A DNA stretch of 64,000 bases from an uncultured Chloroflexia bacterium (GTDB lineage: Bacteria; Chloroflexota; Limnocylindria; Limnocylindrales; CSP1-4): NCBI GenBank assembly GCA_963720755.1, contig CAVRGP010000011.1:576001-640000 (forward strand), written 5' to 3'. The position numbers and the translations under genes were made by a program. Position 1 is the first letter of the stretch. Every line of letters begins with the position of its first letter. Under the pieces are notes generated by a model. That model saw only the letters and a program-made list of their open reading frames with translations. It was not told the origin of the DNA and ran no database searches. Positions 29,614 to 39,328 of the stretch are shown piece by piece.

Positions 29614-31137
29614 GTGCAAGCACGCTCGCTCGTCGCCGCCATCGACCAGGGGACGACGAGCAGCCGCTGCATCCTGTTCGACCGGGCCGGGCACCCGGTT
29701 GCCAGCCACCAGCTGGAACACGCCCAGATCACGCCGCGACCCGGCTGGGTCGAACACGACGCGGACGAGATCCTCGAACGTGTCCTGACCTGTGTCCGGG
29801 TCGCCCTGCGTGAGCACGGCGCCGATGCCCGCGCGCTCGCCGCCGTCGGGATCAGCGATCAGCGCGAGACCTCGGTCGTCTGGGATCGTCGGACCGGACG
29901 GCCGATCCATCGTGCCATCGTCTGGCAGGACACGCGGACCGCCGATGCGGCCCAGGGCCTGGCCGCGGACGACCCGCTCGGAGTGGATCGGTTCCGCGAC
30001 CTGACCGGCCTGCCGATCTCGACGTACTCCTCAGCGCTCAAGCTTGCCTGGATCCTCGACGATGCGGGGCCGGACGCACGAGCGGCCGCTGCCGCCGGAG
30101 ACCTGTTGTTCGGGACGATCGACACATGGCTCATCTGGCACCTGACCGGTGGGATCGACGGCGGGGTCCACGTGACCGACGTCACAAACGCCTCGCGGAC
30201 CATGCTGATGGGTCTCGGATCGTTGGCCTGGGAACCGGCGCTCCTCGAGGCGTTCCGGATCCCGGCCGCCATGCTCCCGGCCATCCGCTCGTCGTCCGAG
30301 GTCTACGGACCCGGTGTCGGGGACATCGCGGGTGTGCCCGTGGCCGGAGACCTCGGGGATCAACAGGCCGCCCTCTTCGGTCAGTCGTGTTTCGACGTCG
30401 GTCAGATCAAGTGCACGTACGGCACGGGTTGCTTCATGCTGATGCACACGGGCGCGCGGCCCGTCCACTCGAACCACGGCCTGATCACGACGGTCGCCGC
30501 CCGGCTCGGCAGTGATCCCGCGACCTACGCCCTCGAGGGATCGGTCGCGGTCGCGGGGTCCCTGATCCAGTGGCTTCGGGACAACCTCGGGATCATCGGC
30601 GACGCGTCCGAGGTCGAAACACTGGCACGCTCCGTGCCGGACAGCGGCGACGTCGTATTCGTGCCCGCGTTCTCGGGCCTGTATGCACCGCACTGGCGGA
30701 GCGATGCCCGGGGGATCATCGCCGGGCTGACCCGCTATGCGTCGCGTGGGAACATCGCCCGCGCCGCCCTTGAATCGACCGCCTACCAGGTCTACGACCT
30801 CGGGGTCGCGATGGCGGCGGATCTTGGCGAGCCGCTGCCCGACGAGCTCCGGGTCGATGGCGGGATGATCCGCAACGGACTCCTGATGCAGTTCCAGGCC
30901 GACATCCTCGATCGTCCGGTCGTGGCGCCGCCGATCGCCGAAACGAGCGCGCTCGGTGCGGCGTACGCGGCAGGGCTCGCGGTCGGATTCTGGGATGGGC
31001 TCGATGACCTGCGGGCAATGGATCGCGCCGATCAGCGTTGGGAGCCCGACATGGACGTGGCCACCCGAGCGGCCGGGATCGCCCGATGGCACAAGGGCGT
31101 CGAGCGGACGCTCGGTTGGGTGGACGCGAACCCCTGA
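29614..31137 (+). CDS. glpK: Glycerol kinase
   Basis: [62 protein letters not shown]. Confidence 0.96.
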   Translation: MQARSLVAAIDQGTTSSRCILFDRAGHPVASHQLEHAQITPRPGWVEHDADEILERVLTCVRVALREHGADARALAAVGISDQRETSVVWDRRTGRPIHRAIVWQDTRTADAAQGLAADDPLGVDRFRDLTGLPISTYSSALKLAWILDDAGPDARAAAAAGDLLFGTIDTWLIWHLTGGIDGGVHVTDVTNASRTMLMGLGSLAWEPALLEAFRIPAAMLPAIRSSSEVYGPGVGDIAGVPVAGDLGDQQAALFGQSCFDVGQIKCTYGTGCFMLMHTGARPVHSNHGLITTVAARLGSDPATYALEGSVAVAGSLIQWLRDNLGIIGDASEVETLARSVPDSGDVVFVPAFSGLYAPHWRSDARGIIAGLTRYASRGNIARAALESTAYQVYDLGVAMAADLGEPLPDELRVDGGMIRNGLLMQFQADILDRPVVAPPIAETSALGAAYAAGLAVGFWDGLDDLRAMDRADQRWEPDMDVATRAAGIARWHKGVERTLGWVDANP

Positions 31138-31210
31138 GGCGTCCTGACGGGTTGTCGCGAGTGCCGCGCGGGATGGCCAGGGCCGGCGGTCTCGCCGGAC
31201 TCCGCGCCGG

Positions 31211-32485
31211 TTACGAGGCGAGTGCACCCTGCTGGGGGAGGGCGGCTGTTCGCGCACGCTCCGCACGCCAGGCCGGGAGGTAGAGCGGCGCGGCGACCGC
31301 ACAGATGATGCCGCCGGCGATCATCGCGGTCGATACCGACGTCCCGTCGGCGAGGGCCGACAGCACGATCGCGCCGATGGCCCCGGCCGGCTGGCCGACC
31401 ATCGAGTTCAGCGACAGGACCGTCGTCCGAAGCGGGCCTTCCACTTCGCGATGGAGCAGCGTCATGTGCATCGGGTTCGATGCGCCGTGGGTCATGTAGC
31501 AGGCGAGGTACGCGACGACCAAGCCGATCGGTCCGGCCACCAGGCCCATCGCGACCACCGTCGCACCCTGCACGACCCGCAGGACCATGGCCGATCGCGC
31601 CACGCCGACGCGGCCGCTGATGAGGACCACGCCAGCGGCGCCTGCTGCGGCCGCGAACCACGCCAGCGACGCGACCGGCCCCATCGCCGCGGCGGCCTGC
31701 GCCACGTCGTCGAGCGTCTCCGACAGGCGGATGGGGAACAGGCTCTCGAAGGTGACCATCGAGAAGCCCCAGAACAGCTCGACTCCGACGATCCCGAGCA
31801 GCACGCGGGAGCCGCGCAGGAGGCCGATCCCGTCGCTGACCACCCGCGGCACCTCTCGGACGGAGTCCTTGACCGCCCCGATCCCGCGCGCCACCCGGAC
31901 CTCGCTCATCAGCAGCACGATCGCGACGAGGTTGACGACTCCGATGGCGATCGCGACCAGGACCGGGAGCGCGAGGGCAGGCACCGAGTCGGTCGGATCG
32001 AGGGCCACGATGCCCCCCGACAGGAGCGCCCCGAATGCGATGGCCAGGCTCAGCACCGTGCTTCCGGCGCTCAGGCCCTTCTCGATCTCGTTGTCGGGAT
32101 CGGCGACCAGGGTCGCATCGACATACCACGCCTCGAGCGGCCCGCTGTCGAGTGCCCGGTAGACGCCCATCAGCGCCATGGCCGCCGCGAACAGCCCGAC
32201 CGAGTCGGCGCTGTAGAACAGGCCGAGCGAGAGCAGCCCGATGACGTTCGCCAGGATCAGGACGGGCCGGCGCCCGAGCGCGTCCGACAGGCCGCCGGTC
32301 GGCAGTTCGAGGAAGAGGACGACGAGGCCCTGGATGCTGAAGACCAGGCCGATCTCGGTCAGCGACAGGCCGCGTGACAGCGCCAGGAGGACCATGACCG
32401 GGATCAGGAGGCCCGTCGACAGCCAGCGCAGGGCGACGAGGACGAGGTAGCGGCGGCGGGCGGCGCGGACGTCGAGCGTGGTCAT
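31211..32485 (-). CDS. MFS transporter (efflux-like)
   Basis: LELPTGGLSDALGRR motif A, ALDSGPLEAW, about 12 TM segments. ATGA overlap with the regulator. Confidence 0.88.
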   Translation of the reverse strand: MTTLDVRAARRRYLVLVALRWLSTGLLIPVMVLLALSRGLSLTEIGLVFSIQGLVVLFLELPTGGLSDALGRRPVLILANVIGLLSLGLFYSADSVGLFAAAMALMGVYRALDSGPLEAWYVDATLVADPDNEIEKGLSAGSTVLSLAIAFGALLSGGIVALDPTDSVPALALPVLVAIAIGVVNLVAIVLLMSEVRVARGIGAVKDSVREVPRVVSDGIGLLRGSRVLLGIVGVELFWGFSMVTFESLFPIRLSETLDDVAQAAAAMGPVASLAWFAAAAGAAGVVLISGRVGVARSAMVLRVVQGATVVAMGLVAGPIGLVVAYLACYMTHGASNPMHMTLLHREVEGPLRTTVLSLNSMVGQPAGAIGAIVLSALADGTSVSTAMIAGGIICAVAAPLYLPAWRAERARTAALPQQGALAS

Positions 32486-33081
32486 CGTGGTCGCGCGTCC
32501 ATCGGGAACGCGAAGACGTAGACCTGCACACGCTCCTCGTCGGTCGGGACGTCGGTCGGCGTGGTCGCGTCGGGATCGGGCAATTCGCGGTATCGCCCGA
32601 TGAGCGCCTCGACCTCGGCGTTGAAAGCGGCGAGCCGAGCCGCCGAGACGTGGAGCGGGTAGTCACTGGAGCCGGCGGCGTCGCGCCACTCGATCGGCCA
32701 CGTGCGCTGGACCTCGAGCCAGCCCTCGTAGCCGTCGACGAAGAAGCGCAGGTAGGTCCGGCGGAGCCACGCGGTCGCGGCCTGGCCATCGGGATCATCG
32801 ACGACGTCGCTCTCGTCCCACGCGTGCATCTGGGTGGCGGCCTGCCAGCGTCGCTCGCGCCGCTGGCCACCCTCGACCTCTTCGACCAGGCCCACCGACG
32901 CGAGCTTGCGCAGGTGGTAGCTCGTGGCCCCGGTATTGGTCTCGAGCGAGCGGGCCAGGTCGGTCGCCGTGGCCGGACCGTCGATGCGGAGGGCCGTGAG
33001 GAGCCGCGCCCGGAGCGGGTGCGCGAGCACCCGGAGGCCGGCCGCGTCGAGGTGGAGGATCGAGGGCTGTTCGGTCGTCAT
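32482..33081 (-). CDS. ArsR-like winged-helix transcriptional regulator
   Basis: LRVLAHPLRARLL..GPATATDLA..SYHLRKLA..GLV. Confidence 0.87.
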   Translation of the reverse strand: MTTEQPSILHLDAAGLRVLAHPLRARLLTALRIDGPATATDLARSLETNTGATSYHLRKLASVGLVEEVEGGQRRERRWQAATQMHAWDESDVVDDPDGQAATAWLRRTYLRFFVDGYEGWLEVQRTWPIEWRDAAGSSDYPLHVSAARLAAFNAEVEALIGRYRELPDPDATTPTDVPTDEERVQVYVFAFPMDARPR

Positions 33082-33087
33082 GGAGGC

Positions 33088-33130
33088 ATGTTACCAGGCA
33101 CACTTGGTGTGCACAAGTAGTATGCACAAG
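33088..33130 (-). promoter_or_regulatory. Leaderless promoter with putative operator for the regulator-MFS operon
   Basis: Minus-strand TGG-TAACAT 6 nt before the ATG. Palindrome GCACAC-TTG-GTGTGC (33098-33112) and TGCACAAG direct repeat (33110, 33123). Confidence 0.55.
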
Positions 33131-33132
33131 AC

Positions 33133-33360
33133 TTATGGCACGGATCCAGGGACCGGGATCCGTGCGATGTCGGCCGACGGCACGGGCGTGGCCGGCGCCT
33201 CCGGACTGACGCTGATGACGCCGCGGCCCGACACCCAGGCGAGGAAGACCATCGAGGCGATGATCAGCACCACGAGCGCGATGGAGGCAGCGCGACGGAG
33301 CCGGCTCGGTGGTGTCGTCGGGGGCGGACCGGGATCGTCGAAGTCGAACGATGCGGACAT
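33133..33360 (-). CDS. Small single-TM hypothetical protein (75 aa)
   Basis: MSASFDFDDPG..RLRRAASIALVVLIIASMVFLAW. TATCGT -10 lies 6 nt before the ATG. Confidence 0.6.
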   Translation of the reverse strand: MSASFDFDDPGPPPTTPPSRLRRAASIALVVLIIASMVFLAWVSGRGVISVSPEAPATPVPSADIARIPVPGSVP

Positions 33361-33503
33361 GGCGACACGATACGGGACCGGTCGGATTCGATGGTCTCGG
33401 AGGTCTTCAGACATATGCGGCAGTGCCGGATGTTGACGACTCGATGTAGCATCCGCCTCGCGCCGCGCGATCGAGTCGCGGCCCAAGGAGGGCTTCAGCC
33501 ACT

Positions 33504-33821
33504 GTGGCGACACGCAAGCGAAAGACCGTCTACCCCCCGGCGCGGACTGATACCAAGCCGACCCAGCGGCCAGGGGCAGGGCCTGAACCATACGTGCGCC
33601 CGACTGTGGCGACGATCGATCTCACCGCCGGTAGCGGCAGGGCTGGTCTGGCGGTCGGGGATCGGGTCAGGATCTCTGGCGGGGGCCTCTACGCCGGCGA
33701 AGCGGCGGTGATCGAGAAGCTGACGTCCGGCGTCATCCCCGCGGCCCTCGTCCGCACCGAGGCTGGGCGCTCCCGCCAGGTGCGAACGATCGACCTGGAG
33801 CCCATCGCCCGCGACGCCTGA
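33504..33821 (+). CDS. Stand-alone KOW-motif protein
   Basis: AAGGAGG RBS. LAVGDRVRISGGGLYAGEAAVI matches the KOW pattern; basic N-terminus. Confidence 0.7.
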   Translation: MATRKRKTVYPPARTDTKPTQRPGAGPEPYVRPTVATIDLTAGSGRAGLAVGDRVRISGGGLYAGEAAVIEKLTSGVIPAALVRTEAGRSRQVRTIDLEPIARDA

Positions 33822-34083
33822 CCACCCGATCGTACCGGAGGCAGCGGTACCTTCGGACCGTGGCTGTCTCGTGGCCCGGATGGCACTTTTTCGGCAGACG
33901 ATCACGGGCCTAATGGACGGACCGGCTTGGGCCTGGGCGATCGTCGCCGGAGGTTCTTGATGGGTGGAGCACGGTCATCCGTAGGTCGTGGATCGGACGG
34001 GTGGGCGTGGAAAACCCATTGACGATGAGTGATGCTCCTCCTCCGACGAGGCAGGTGGCGTTTCCGGATCCACGGCGTCCCCT

Positions 34084-35490
34084 GTGACGGATCAGGGACA
34101 GCTCTCGGCCGACGGATGGGATGACGCCATCACGCTCCGGCACGGTGCGAGCCACTCGACCACCCTTCTGTTCGTGTTCACCGGGGTCGAGATCATCGCG
34201 GGCCTGGTCGCTCTCTTCTGGGCATCGTTCGCGTTCGACATCTGGCCAGGGATCTCGCTGACATTGGCGGGCGGCAGCGAGGGGATCCTCCTCGGCCTGG
34301 TCTTCTGGATCCTCCTCGGCCTGCTCGGTGGGATGCGGGTCCAGCATCTGCACGGATACGGCGTCCTGACCTTCCACCTGCCGTTCATCATCGCGGCCAC
34401 GGCCCTCGGCGGCCCGGCGGCCGGAGGCTGGGTGGCGATGATCTCGACGATCGAGACCCGGGAGATCCGCGAAGTCCCGTGGTACGGCACGTTCGCCAAT
34501 CACGCTGCGATGGCGCTGTCGGCCGTTGTCGCCGGCGTCGTCTTCGATGTCGTCAGGAACCACGCACTGGTGACGGTGACGGACCAGCCCCAGGCCGTCG
34601 AATTGATCGCGATCGTGCTCGCAACGTTTGTCATGGCCGGGCTGTCCTCGGGCCTGGCCACGGTGACCCGGATGCTCCGCGACGGCCTGACCCTGCACCA
34701 GGCGACCAGGCTCATGGACACGGCCTTCCGCGCGACGTCGGCCAGTGAGATGATCCTGGGTTGGGTGTTGATCATCGCCTACAGCACGATCGGCTGGTGG
34801 GCGGCGTTGCTGTGCTCGTCGCTCGTGCTCATCATCTGGCAGGCGCATGACTACAGGGAGATGGTCAGACACGATGAGATGACCGGCCTGCTCAGTCGTT
34901 CGGGGTTCGACGCCCGCCTCGAGGAGGTAGCACAGCGGATCCATCGCGGGGGCGGCCGGGCCGCGCTGCTGGCGATCGATCTGGACGGGTTCAAGGCGGT
35001 CAACGACACCTTCGGCCACGAGACCGGCGACGACGTGATCCGGGAGGTCGGCAGGCGACTGCGCGACTCCGGTCGATTGACCGACTCCGCGGTCCGTCGA
35101 GGTGGCGACGAGTTCGGCGTCCTGCTTGCCGGCGTCTCCGATGCCGCGGCAGCGGAACATCTGGCGACTCGGATCTGGGAGCAGCTGTGCGAGCCGATCG
35201 ACACTGGCGCCGGCGAACTTTCGGTCGGAGCGTCCGTGGGGGTGACCCTGATCGAAGCCGGCGGTCCCTTGTTGACCGTAGACCGGCTCCATGCCCTCGC
35301 GGATCGTCAGATGTACCTGGCCAAGGACGGAGGCGGGGGCGTGCGCATCCAGCAGCCAGGGACCGCCCAGCCGGCGATGTCGCGAAGACCCGCAAGCCGC
35401 GGTCGGCCGGCCAAGCGCAAACGGAAGGTATCTGCGACGTCCGAACCCTCCGCGTCAGCGGTCACCCGTCGGGCCGAGGGTTCCAACTGA
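34084..35490 (+). CDS. Membrane-bound diguanylate cyclase (GGDEF)
   Basis: Multi-TM N-terminus, HDEMTGL, DLDGFKAVNDTFGH, RLTD I-site five residues before GGDEF. Confidence 0.92.
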   Translation: MTDQGQLSADGWDDAITLRHGASHSTTLLFVFTGVEIIAGLVALFWASFAFDIWPGISLTLAGGSEGILLGLVFWILLGLLGGMRVQHLHGYGVLTFHLPFIIAATALGGPAAGGWVAMISTIETREIREVPWYGTFANHAAMALSAVVAGVVFDVVRNHALVTVTDQPQAVELIAIVLATFVMAGLSSGLATVTRMLRDGLTLHQATRLMDTAFRATSASEMILGWVLIIAYSTIGWWAALLCSSLVLIIWQAHDYREMVRHDEMTGLLSRSGFDARLEEVAQRIHRGGGRAALLAIDLDGFKAVNDTFGHETGDDVIREVGRRLRDSGRLTDSAVRRGGDEFGVLLAGVSDAAAAEHLATRIWEQLCEPIDTGAGELSVGASVGVTLIEAGGPLLTVDRLHALADRQMYLAKDGGGGVRIQQPGTAQPAMSRRPASRGRPAKRKRKVSATSEPSASAVTRRAEGSN

Positions 35491-35505
35491 CGGTATCCTG
35501 ACGCG

Positions 35506-36333
35506 ATGCCGAATACCTTCGTCGACGTCCCGGGTGGCCGCCTCATGGTCGCGGAGGAGGGGACCGGACCGCCGATCGTCCTGCTCCACGCGGGCGTCGC
35601 CGACCTTCGCGCCTGGGACGACATGGCGCCGCTTCTCGCAGAGGCGGGATACCGGGTCGTCCGATACGACGCCCGCGGGTTCGGTGGATCCACGTCCGAG
35701 GACGTCGCCTTCTCGCCTCGAGCCGACCTGCTCGCGGTGCTCGAGGCTGTCGGCGTCGGTCGGGCCGCCCTGGTCGGGAATTCCCTCGGCGGCATGGTCG
35801 CGTTCGATACCGCGATCGAATCGCCAGACCGGGTCATCGGCGTCGTCGGCGTCGGTGCCGGCCTGGGCGGCTTCGAGACCGGGCCGTCACCCGAGGAGCA
35901 GGCCATCGTCGAGGAGTACGAGCGGGTCGACGAGGCAGAGCCCTTCGATGCCGCCGCCCTGACCGAGTTCGAAGTCCAGGTCTGGGGCAACGGTCCGGGC
36001 CAGCCGCCCGATCGCCTCGCCCCGGCGATCCGCCAGAAACTGTTTGAGATGGGCCTGCCCCTCAATCAGCCCGGCCGGGTGTCCGGTCAAAGGGTCGACC
36101 TCGACCCACCGGCCGAGGCGCGACTCGGAGACCTGCGATGCCCGGTCCTCGCGGTAGCCGGCCGGCTGGACTTCGACGAGGTCGTCGCCACGGCGCAACA
36201 CCTCGAGGGCGACGCTCCGAATGCGCGCGCGCTGATCTGGGACGACGTCGCCCATATGGTCGGGATGGAGCAGCCGGAGCGCCTTGCGGCGGCGATCGTC
36301 GACTTCCTTCGCCCGCTCGGCAGCTGGGCCTGA
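35506..36333 (+). CDS. Alpha/beta hydrolase
   Basis: LLHAG, YDARGFG, GNSLGG nucleophile elbow, AHMVGMEQP. TATCCT lies 6 nt before the ATG. Confidence 0.92.
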   Translation: MPNTFVDVPGGRLMVAEEGTGPPIVLLHAGVADLRAWDDMAPLLAEAGYRVVRYDARGFGGSTSEDVAFSPRADLLAVLEAVGVGRAALVGNSLGGMVAFDTAIESPDRVIGVVGVGAGLGGFETGPSPEEQAIVEEYERVDEAEPFDAAALTEFEVQVWGNGPGQPPDRLAPAIRQKLFEMGLPLNQPGRVSGQRVDLDPPAEARLGDLRCPVLAVAGRLDFDEVVATAQHLEGDAPNARALIWDDVAHMVGMEQPERLAAAIVDFLRPLGSWA

Positions 36334-36363
36334 CGGGAAGGTCGCGGGCGATCGCCGGTCCGG

Positions 36364-36678
36364 CTACATCATCTGGTGCACTTCGGCCAGCTCGATGTCG
36401 GAGCCGCCGTCGAGGACAGGGCAGCGTTTCGCCAGCTCCACGGCGGACTCGAGATCGTCTGCCTGGATGATGACGTAGCCGTTGACCGTTCGGCCGTCAC
36501 CGGACCCGACCGTTCGATCCGGGGCGATCGTCCGCTCGACCGAGAGCGGGTTCCCTCGGTCGACCACCGCGGCACCGAGGTCCGCGTACCAGTCCGTCCA
36601 GGCCTGCATGAACTTGGCCCCGGCCTCGGGGCTCTCGGGCATGCTGCCGCCGTGACTCAGGATCAGGAAGTTCGCCAT
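36364..36678 (-). CDS. YciI-like protein
   Basis: W..W...LG.AVVDRGNPL, GYVIIQADDLESAVELAKRCP. GGAGG RBS. Confidence 0.8.
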   Translation of the reverse strand: MANFLILSHGGSMPESPEAGAKFMQAWTDWYADLGAAVVDRGNPLSVERTIAPDRTVGSGDGRTVNGYVIIQADDLESAVELAKRCPVLDGGSDIELAEVHQMM

Positions 36679-36783
36679 GATCGGCCTCCGATCTACGGAC
36701 GCGCCAGCGGCGGTCTGCCGATGAGCCGCGCCATCCGACAGGACGACGAACGACGTTGTGCGAATCGACAGGATGTGACCGAA

Positions 36784-36802
36784 CTTCTCAGTATCTTCTC
36801 AG
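36784..36802 (+). promoter_or_regulatory. Direct repeat TCTCAG-N5-TCTCAG, putative OmpR/MprA-type box
   Basis: CTTCTCAG at 36784 and 36795 (11-bp period), followed by a possible -10 CAATAT at 36813-36818. Confidence 0.55.
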
Positions 36803-36823
36803 GGTTCGGGCCCAATATCGGAC

Positions 36824-36925
36824 ATGTTCTCTCCTCCCAGCGAACGAACGCCGAAGGCTCCGGATCATGGTGACGATCTCCTCCCTGTCGCCAGCGATCG
36901 GCCGCCTTGCGGCGTTCGTTGTTTC
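36824..36925 (+). ncRNA. Candidate small RNA or structured leader with two UCUCCUCCC motifs
   Basis: Long hairpin 36843-36920 (11-bp perfect outer stem, nested stems, one U-G pair). TCTCCTCCC sits in the apical loop (36877-36885) with a second copy at 36830-36838. Confidence 0.45.
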
Positions 36926-36978
36926 ATGGGCGGAACGGTCCGCTTGACCGGGATCGCTGCCTCCACCACGCTACCGTC

Positions 36979-38199
36979 ATGACCCGACGGCCTCTGCTCG
37001 GCGTCGGTGTCGTCGCCGTCGCACTTACCGCCATCATCGGCTTCAACCTCGCATCGACGCCCGATCCGAAGGGGCCTGGGCCGACAGCGACGCCCGCGGG
37101 GAGTCCAGCGGCCATCCTGGAGCCGACCCCGCGACCCACACCCCGGCCGGACCCTGGCCACGAGCTGTATGGGTTCGTCCCGTACTGGGAGATGACGCCA
37201 GGGATCGCCGAGGATCTCCGAGCGGCCTCCCTGACCACGGTCGCCCTGTTCTCCGTCACCAACACGAAGAAGGGCGCGATCAATACGTCCCAGAACGGCT
37301 ACAAGCTGATCACCGGGCCACTCGGCCGGCAGCTGATCCGGGAGGCGCACGATCGAGGATCTACCGTCCAACTCGTCTACACGAGCTTCGGGACGGCGCG
37401 CAATGAGCGTCTGTTCACCGACCCGGCCCTTCAGGATTCGACTATCGCGTCACTCGTGGCGCTGGTCGGGGACCTTGGTGTCGATGGCGTGAACGTGGAT
37501 GTCGAGCAGGTGCGAGCAGACGTCATCCCCGCATACGGCCAGTTCGTGGCCGGCCTGCGCGAAGCCCTCCGGGCGGTCGACCCGACGGCCCAGGTATCGG
37601 TGGCGACCGGCGCCGGGCGGACCGGGGCGGCGATGGCCCTGGCCGCATCCACGGCCGAGGCCGATCGGATCTTCTTGATGGGATACGACTACCACTACGG
37701 GACCGGCGATGTCGGCGCTTCGGCGCCGATGGATCGTCGCGACGGCGCGGATGCCGACCTGGTCTGGTCGCTCGACCTGTACGAGGCGCTCGGTGTGCCT
37801 GTCGAGCGGACGCTCCTGGGCCTGCCGCTGTACGGCTATCGGTGGCGCGTGACCGGACCAGAGATCGGCGCGCCCAGGCTCGGGAACGGGGTCGATTGGG
37901 TGCCGGGGGACAACCCCAACTTCCTTGCGAACCCGCCGATCCCGGCCGAACTCGACCCGATCGAGGTCGTCGAGTTCTACGCCGTGCCGCCGACGGTCAG
38001 CCCGAAGCCAGGTGATTCGCGGGCGACGGCCGGATGGCAGGCGATCTACGTCAATTCGCCGCGCACCCTCGCCCCGAAGCTTGCCCTAGCCGACGATCGC
38101 GGACTCGCCGGGGCCGGCTTCTGGGCGATGGGCTACGAACGCGGGTTGCCCGGCTATCCGGAGCTCTTCAGCAGTTTCGCCGCGGGCACGCTCAAGTAG
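36979..38199 (+). CDS. Glycoside hydrolase family 18 protein, secreted or membrane-anchored
   Basis: N-terminal hydrophobic segment and Pro-rich linker, YGFVPYW, DGVNVDVE catalytic motif, LMGYDYH, LGLPLYG, GAGFWAMG. Confidence 0.88.
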   Translation: MTRRPLLGVGVVAVALTAIIGFNLASTPDPKGPGPTATPAGSPAAILEPTPRPTPRPDPGHELYGFVPYWEMTPGIAEDLRAASLTTVALFSVTNTKKGAINTSQNGYKLITGPLGRQLIREAHDRGSTVQLVYTSFGTARNERLFTDPALQDSTIASLVALVGDLGVDGVNVDVEQVRADVIPAYGQFVAGLREALRAVDPTAQVSVATGAGRTGAAMALAASTAEADRIFLMGYDYHYGTGDVGASAPMDRRDGADADLVWSLDLYEALGVPVERTLLGLPLYGYRWRVTGPEIGAPRLGNGVDWVPGDNPNFLANPPIPAELDPIEVVEFYAVPPTVSPKPGDSRATAGWQAIYVNSPRTLAPKLALADDRGLAGAGFWAMGYERGLPGYPELFSSFAAGTLK

Positions 38200-39298
38200 C
38201 GACGGGTCGCGCGATCACGACGTCGGGGTCGAGCCCCGCTGCGATGAAGGCCAGGAGGCGAGTGCCTTCCTCGTCCAGGTCCACGCGCTCCCGATCCGGG
38301 ATCGGCGCGAAGGGTTCGATGGTCAGGGTCGCGGCGGAAGTCCCGATCCGTGTCCGCCAGATGCCCGCCAGCATCCCGTCGACGAGGACGGTGCCTTGTT
38401 TCGCGCCATTGCCTGGGAGCAGCGGGATCGACCGCCCCGGCGGGATGATCCTGGAACGGTCCGCATGGCCGATCAGGATGTTGTCGTATTCCGGCAGGAA
38501 GCGGATCGGCACGGGCGTGTCGGGATCCGGTCGCGGGGCGTCGGGCAGGTCGAACACCTCCCGGCCGCGATCGTCCTGGAACGTGATCAGGCTCGGCCGC
38601 AGACGTTCGAACACGTCGCGAAGGCGGGTCATCCCGGACCAGGCCTGGGCGTCGCGTACGGTCGCCGGGCCGAAGGCTCCGAGGTAGCGCAGGACGATGG
38701 CATCCGGTGATGGGTCTTGCTCCAGGCCCCGGCCGAGCCACGACGTCATCGGCGCTCGAGCGGCTGGCCCCGACGTACCCCAGACGCCGCGTGGCGGAAC
38801 CTGGACGAGCGGGCTGAGGTAGGCGACGGCTGTGGCCATCGACGCCGGATCGTACGACGGCCATCGGCGGGAAAGCTCACGACCGAGCTCGACGTTGGTC
38901 CGCGGCCGCTCGTCCAGGAGGTCCCGGCCGGCGCTGACGAGCTGCTCCAGGTCGATCCCGGCGATCTGCCGTGCGAACGGGCTGCTTGCGAACCCGCGCC
39001 TGACGACCGGCTCGATCCAGGGACGGAGCGCGAGGGCATCGCCCGCCGTGACCAGGTGGACCGTGGCGCGCATGAGCGTGGCCCGAACGACGGTTCGCTC
39101 GACGAGCGTCGTCGCCAGTGTGTCTGGGTCGAAGGCATGCAGCCTTGACCAAAGCCCGACATAGGGCGCCAGTGGTGCCTGCGACTGCAGGCCGACGAGA
39201 CGCTCGATGGCGGTCACGGTCGAGACCGTGTGCCGCTCGATCAACATCTGTCGGGCAAGCAGCGCCCGATCGAGGGCGCGCGGACTCAATACCGTCAT
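38192..39298 (-). CDS. AlkZ-like (HTH_42) DNA glycosylase family protein
   Basis: LLARQML, GLQSQ (QxQ motif), LWSRL, MRATVHLV, RYLGAFGPAT, RFLPEYDN. Confidence 0.87.
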   Translation of the reverse strand: MTVLSPRALDRALLARQMLIERHTVSTVTAIERLVGLQSQAPLAPYVGLWSRLHAFDPDTLATTLVERTVVRATLMRATVHLVTAGDALALRPWIEPVVRRGFASSPFARQIAGIDLEQLVSAGRDLLDERPRTNVELGRELSRRWPSYDPASMATAVAYLSPLVQVPPRGVWGTSGPAARAPMTSWLGRGLEQDPSPDAIVLRYLGAFGPATVRDAQAWSGMTRLRDVFERLRPSLITFQDDRGREVFDLPDAPRPDPDTPVPIRFLPEYDNILIGHADRSRIIPPGRSIPLLPGNGAKQGTVLVDGMLAGIWRTRIGTSAATLTIEPFAPIPDRERVDLDEEGTRLLAFIAAGLDPDVVIARPVAT

Positions 39299-39328
39299 TG
39301 GGGGTGTCGGGGTCGACGGGTGCCGCGC

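Noticed and set aside
36824-36982. 52-codon ORF overlapping the GH18 start (ATGA)
   Set aside because: No recognisable protein features. The strong hairpin and repeated C-rich motif explain the region better as RNA, although coding is not excluded.
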